From Ignavibacteriota bacterium (lineage in GTDB: Bacteria; Bacteroidota; Ignavibacteria; UBA10030), in assembly GCA_963727825.1 (NCBI GenBank), contig CAVSHO010000009.1:704001-768000 (forward strand): a stretch of 64,000 nucleotides of DNA, read 5' to 3'. The notes beneath the pieces are model-generated. The model saw nothing but the letters and a program-made list of their open reading frames with translations. It did no database searches and was not told the DNA's origin. Shown in pieces: positions 59,465-64,000 of this stretch. Within the stretch, counting starts at the first letter, position 1; every line of letters begins with the position of its first letter. The translations under genes and the position numbers were made by a program.

Positions 59465-59984
59465 TTCCTGTTTGTATATTTGAATGGCCTACCGTACGAG
59501 AAATTCGAATGATTGCTGGAATAGCTACTATCATTAGAATGATTCCGGGCCATCCACTAAGAAGTGATACTCCGGCTATAAACTTAGCTGGCAATTTCAT
59601 GAGTAACGCCATAAGATAAATCAATCCTACGCCAATACATCTACCGACAAGTAGAATTGGAATAAAAATAATCAGCTCGTGAAGTTTTGGGAATAAAACG
59701 CGAACATAGGCGATGATTCCGCACATTGTTGCGAGTTCAATGCTCATAATAAATGCTATCGGAGGATAAAACGGCGGCATGCCGGTGATTGCACCGGAAA
59801 GCAGCGGCAACAGAAGCGCAGTCAGCATGGCAGGTATCGGCCCAACAAAAAAGGAAAGCGTCACCAAAGGTAAATACATAGGCATAAACATCGATCCAAT
59901 GTGAAAAACATGAAATATCACCGGCAGTAGCATCGCGGCCGCCCCGAAGACCGCACAATAAGCAATATCGCGTGGTTTAAGCAT
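59451..59984 (-). CDS. ECF transporter substrate-binding S component
   Basis: 177 aa, five to six TM; LPVIFH...GSMFMPMYLP, GAITGMPP, GWPGIIL; no NikM/CbiM MHIxDG N-terminus. Confidence 0.8.
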   Translation of the reverse strand: MLKPRDIAYCAVFGAAAMLLPVIFHVFHIGSMFMPMYLPLVTLSFFVGPIPAMLTALLLPLLSGAITGMPPFYPPIAFIMSIELATMCGIIAYVRVLFPKLHELIIFIPILLVGRCIGVGLIYLMALLMKLPAKFIAGVSLLSGWPGIILMIVAIPAIIRISRTVGHSNIQTGNEDV

Positions 59985-60090
59985 GGTTATTCCTTAAATG
60001 TCAGGCCGGTAAGAATGTCGGACTAAACATCAGATAATATAAAACAGATTCCTCACAATAAATAATATGACTTGATCTCGGCCCCTCTCA

Positions 60091-61917
60091 CTAGAGAGAC
60101 GCCCGCATTCCAACATTCACGGTTCTTCCCGGCATTGGATAACCGTAGATTGTTTGGTACGATTCATTTAAAACATTACGGCTTCCGATAGAAAGAGAAA
60201 TCTTTTCTGTTACTTGAGCTGCTACTCGAATTTCCATGTTTGTATAATCGGGTAATTGTTTCAAAGTATAGTCTGTTTCATCGGTTCCATAAATCGTATT
60301 GACATATTGTGCTGAGAGCAAAAAGGTTAATACATTCCAGCGGTATTCTCCGCCGAGATATGCTTTGTGTTTCGGTACGGCTTGGGCAACGTCGGGTTTA
60401 TCTGCAAAGGAATAATTTGCATTGATGGTAAAGTTATAAAAAGGAAGCAATTGTGCGGAGCATTCCACTCCGTCACGATGAAATCCGCCTGTGTTCCATG
60501 ATTTCATTCCGTACCAACTATCGACAATAGTGTTTTGTGCATCAATAAGATAACCGGCAATATCAATTGATGCATAATGGCTAAATACGTGAGAGATTCC
60601 GATTTCATAATTCCATAGGTTTTCCGGCTGTAATGTTCCATCCCTTGGAGTCAATTGATAGATTTCAAAAATCTGAGGTGCACGGTATCCTCGTCCAACC
60701 GATGCGCGGATGTTTGTTTCTTCTGTAAGTTTATATGTGATACCTGCCTGCGGTACGGCAATATCTCCAAAGTACGTATTATATGTATATCGAATACCGG
60801 CATTTGCCAGTAACCGATCACAGAATATCTGCTGCACGCTGATATATCCGGCATAATCTTCAATCGTATGCGTTCCCAAATCACCATATGCGTTCGATCC
60901 GTGTCCGCCGTTTTGTTGTACATCAATACCTGCACTAATTGTACTGCCGGTAGATAATTTAAATGATTGATAAGCTGTTGCAATAATCTGATGGTCGTCG
61001 GAAGTCCAACCTGCGTTATAAACCGGATCGAGTTCATTATGCCCTAAATTATACACAATATTAATACCGCCTTTTGATACCCAAAATCATTTTCAACGGA
61101 TGCACCAATATATCCACGCTGAATGTGCATCCAATCATTAGTATCAGGTTGTGTAATTTGTCCTGGATCAAATGTATTAAATTGAGTATAGCTTCCATCT
61201 ACAGAGAACCTATATTGTTCATTCAATTGATATGAAGTTTTAAGATAACCGCTGTTGGCAGTATATTCCGACCAAGGCCGTGAACCGTCGGTATGTTCAT
61301 GCGTAAAGGAACCTAATATATTCCAATTGTTTTCTTGATATCCAAGATGCAAGCCATATTGTTGTGCATCATCAGTGCCATATGAAATAGAGGCATTACC
61401 CAACATTCCATCTTGCTGCGTTCTATGAGTAATAATGTTAATTACACCGCCCATTGCATTGGAGCCGTACAACATCGATGCCGGACCGCGAATGACTTCA
61501 ATCCGTTCAGTATTCGTCGAGAGATAACTGTCGTTAATCGGATGTCCATACCATCCCATATATTGCGGGCGGCCATCAATGAGCGTGAGTACTTCGTTGT
61601 TAGGACTTCCGCCGATTCCCCGGATATTGATCTGACCGGAGGGCGAGTTCACACCAAATCCAAGAACATCCCGCTCAGCAATAAACACGCCAGGTACTTC
61701 TTGACTGATGAGTGAAAAAATAGATTTTTCTGGATTAGCACTTATTACATCGGCTGAAATGACGCTGATCGACGGCGATACCAAACTGCGAGAAGTTTCC
61801 GTCTTTGTTGCCGTTACTGTTACCGGATTTAGAATTGTACATCCGTGTCGTATCTATCTGCGCAAAGAGGATTATAGGAATAAATAATAAATAAATTATG
61901 CGAATAATTGTTTTCAT
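60091..61917 (-). CDS. TonB-dependent outer-membrane receptor, split by two compensating indels
   Basis: Signal peptide, corrected VTVTATK TonB-box region, plug INIRG...LIDGRP...RIEVIRGPASMLYGSNAMGGVINIIT, barrel ending NVLNESY...YPMPGRT; corrected length 608 aa. Confidence 0.9.
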
Positions 61918-62054
61918 AATGCTGATTCCTTTCTTTGTAATCTGAGATATTTCGTTAATATGTTTAGTAGACCGATTACAAAGAAACGGAGTGATAGGAA
62001 GTCCAAATAATAGTATTTACACCTATCATGATAGAACGTGCAAATTGATAAGGA

Positions 62055-62483
62055 TTATTTCCCATGATGATGACCTTGCAATGCCATTGTCAGCGTAAGC
62101 TTTCCATGTTTCACACCTTTGAAGCTTATAAGTTTTTCTGCGATGGTTTTTAGTACTACAGCTTTTCCTTTTAGCAGGACGACCTCCATGCAATGATCAT
62201 GATCAACGTGGACATGAGATGTCGATATAATATTCTCATAATAATCATGCTGAAGATTGGACAGAGATTTTTCCAGTTCCCGCTTATGGTGATCATATAT
62301 AAAAACCAATGCACCATAGACGATACCGTCGGGCGTTTTCACGCTTTCTTCAACAAGCGCATCACGCACAATATCGCGGACTGCTTCTGATCTGTTTGTA
62401 TATCCTTTTTGCTCAATGAGGCAATCGAATTGGTGGAGTAAATCCTCCTCCATCGACACGCTAAATCGGACAAGTTGTTCCAT
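62055..62483 (-). CDS. nikR: Nickel-responsive regulator NikR
   Basis: RFSVS ribbon, GYTNRSEAVRD, YDHH, QH, HVH..HDHCME. Confidence 0.96.
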   Translation of the reverse strand: MEQLVRFSVSMEEDLLHQFDCLIEQKGYTNRSEAVRDIVRDALVEESVKTPDGIVYGALVFIYDHHKRELEKSLSNLQHDYYENIISTSHVHVDHDHCMEVVLLKGKAVVLKTIAEKLISFKGVKHGKLTLTMALQGHHHGK

Positions 62484-62493
62484 GACATTCTCC

Positions 62494-62520
62494 GTGTTAC
62501 AATTATAATAATTGTAACAC
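62494..62520. promoter_or_regulatory. Putative NikR operator
   Basis: Perfect 12-3-12 palindrome GTGTTACAATTA-TAA-TAATTGTAACAC (GTGTTA-N15-TAACAC) 10 nt upstream of the nikR start. Confidence 0.8.
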
Positions 62521-62707
62521 TTTTTGGGGAAGAAATCAAGATGCGTTTTTGTGTTTGTTTATATTGAGAGGAACTTAGTCCGACATCTCCACAGTGCAGT
62601 TCAAATTCAATGAAGTTTTTTTGCACAAACAGATATTGCAATGCATGAATGTGTTAAGCTCGTGAATAGTGTGATTCATGAGGCATAAAAGAGCGTGAAA
62701 ACCGGGC

Positions 62708-63460
62708 TTACTTGTCAGAAGGAAGTAATGAAATAATTTTAAACGCTGCTGCTGCCGCTCCAACACCATTATCGATATTGACAACCGAAACGCCCGGAGC
62801 GCAACTCGTTAGCATCGCAAAGAGCGCAGTGAACCCCGAAAGCGCAGTGCCATACCCGACGCTTGTTGGAATTGCAATGATTGGCTGCGGATAAAGTCCT
62901 GCGATGACGCTTGGGAGCGCGCCTTCCATCCCGGCTGCAACAATAAGGACATCACAATCACGCAGCTTCATATCGTTTGCAAACAGACGATGAATTCCAG
63001 CAACACCCACATCAAAAACTCTTTGAACTTCTACACCGAGACTTTCTAAAACAAGTGCCGCTTCTTCGCACGCTGTAATATCAGTGGTTCCGGCGGAAAC
63101 AATACCAATTCGTCTCCCGGAAACTTGCGGCAGCGGTTTCCCGATACGGAAGGAACGCGCATCTTTTAAAAACAATCCCTGTGGAAAAGCTTTTCTTAAT
63201 TGCGGGAAAAATTCCTTCGGGCAGCGTGTACCAATCACAAGTTTTTGTTTTGCATAAAGCGCTTTTGAAATTGCAATAATGCGCTCAACTGATTTATTTT
63301 CACAGTAAATCACCTCAGGAATCGAAGTTCGATCGCGGCGTGACATATCGAGCTTTGCATATTCTTCAATAGCGTGCAACGATGATGAATGAAGTTGTGC
63401 TTTGTTGTGAGTGAATTTACGATTTTGATGGATTGCTGAACGGGACTTTCTATTTTGCAT
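62708..63460 (-). CDS. larB: Nickel-pincer cofactor biosynthesis carboxylase/hydrolase LarB
   Basis: PEVIY, AGTTD, DVGVAGIHR, AGMEGALPS, PTSVGYG, VVNIDNG. Confidence 0.93.
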   Translation of the reverse strand: MQNRKSRSAIHQNRKFTHNKAQLHSSSLHAIEEYAKLDMSRRDRTSIPEVIYCENKSVERIIAISKALYAKQKLVIGTRCPKEFFPQLRKAFPQGLFLKDARSFRIGKPLPQVSGRRIGIVSAGTTDITACEEAALVLESLGVEVQRVFDVGVAGIHRLFANDMKLRDCDVLIVAAGMEGALPSVIAGLYPQPIIAIPTSVGYGTALSGFTALFAMLTSCAPGVSVVNIDNGVGAAAAAFKIISLLPSDK

Positions 63461-64000
63461 TCTGTAGAATCTCCCGATTGAGCTTGCCGGATTTAAACCC
63501 TTCTTCATCTATAAGCACTTCTTTGTATCCTAACGATTTCAGAAACCCCTGAACATCGTCAAATATTACCGTAAGTTTTGTAATCGCCCAGGAATCCACC
63601 TCGATTTTTGCAGTTGTTTGAAAGTGTCGAACGCGCACATTTGTAAATCCTTTTTCCCGAATGTAGCGTTCAGCTTGTGCAATCATACTGATAGAAGTTC
63701 TATCGATCATTGTTCCATAAGGAATACGTGAAGAAAGGCATGGCGCAGACGGTTTATCGTGATTCGGCAAACCATATAATAGAGCAGCATCTCGGACATC
63801 CTGCTTGGTAAATTTGGCTTCAATCAATGGAGAGCGAATTTGATATTCTTTTGCGGCAATTCTTCCGGGACGATAATCCCCGATATCATCTAAGTTTGCA
63901 CCATCAAGCATGAACGGGATATTCTCTTTCCCTGCGATTTCGCCAAGCTGCCGATAGAGTTCTTGCTTGCAGAAATAACACCGATTAATAGGATTTGCTG
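63450..64000 (-). CDS. larE: Nickel-pincer cofactor sulfur transferase LarE (5' part beyond window)
   Basis: Frame is open to the window end: NPINRCYFCK, DGANLDD, DYRPG, PCLSSRIPYG, VRVRH, GFKSG. Confidence 0.93.
   Translation of the reverse strand, partial: ANPINRCYFCKQELYRQLGEIAGKENIPFMLDGANLDDIGDYRPGRIAAKEYQIRSPLIEAKFTKQDVRDAALLYGLPNHDKPSAPCLSSRIPYGTMIDRTSISMIAQAERYIREKGFTNVRVRHFQTTAKIEVDSWAITKLTVIFDDVQGFLKSLGYKEVLIDEEGFKSGKLNREILQNAK

Noticed and set aside
62339-62784. Two short ORFs between nikR and larB
   Set aside because: They overlap nikR, its operator or larB in other frames and have no recognisable features.
1-64000. CRISPR arrays, tRNA/rRNA genes, intact transposases or integrases
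   Set aside because: No regularly spaced repeats, RNA-gene signatures or transposase motifs were seen; nearly all long stretches are explained by recognisable proteins.
1-64000. Many 60-190 aa ORFs antisense to or nested in annotated genes
   Set aside because: They overlap well-supported genes and have no motifs; shadow ORFs.

Overview
Bacterial chromosomal window, AT-rich, most like Ignavibacteria or a related Bacteroidota-Chlorobiota lineage (inferred from protein style and use of canonical -35/-10 and SD signals). From left to right: (1) 1-7.5 kb, an arsenic/organoarsenic island of two ArsR-led minus-strand units (arsR-arsM-nitroreductase-arsC, and arsR-trx-arsP-trx-exported trx-ccdA-proC-like-arsC-acr3) with clear palindromic operators; (2) 7.8-25.5 kb, the dcw cluster mraZ to ftsZ, with a 21-codon remnant of a four-helix-bundle gene flanked by inverted heptamer arrays between ftsA and ftsZ; (3) a Tat-exported dipeptide epimerase, HAD, ahpC and mreD-mrdA-rodA; (4) an envelope-stress block (Spy-like protein, msrAB, YncE pair, MacAB-like) with ECF-sigma-type promoters; (5) hypAB-hoxEFUYHW, a group 3d [NiFe] hydrogenase; (6) an M1+M28+PDZ fused peptidase; (7) a metal island: bfr, a hemerythrin-LuxR fusion, a methyltransferase and a feoA-feoB fusion, converging on larE-larB / nikR / TonB-dependent receptor / ECF S / methyltransferase / ECF T / ECF A. 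The best candidate for an undescribed system is the NikR-linked TonB+ECF importer, which has a non-NikM S component and an embedded methyltransferase and lies next to nickel-pincer cofactor genes. Four single-base indels (rodA, a membrane protein, and two in the TonB receptor) are probably assembly errors. No tRNA, rRNA, CRISPR array or intact transposase was seen. All calls come from reading motifs by eye; no searches were run.
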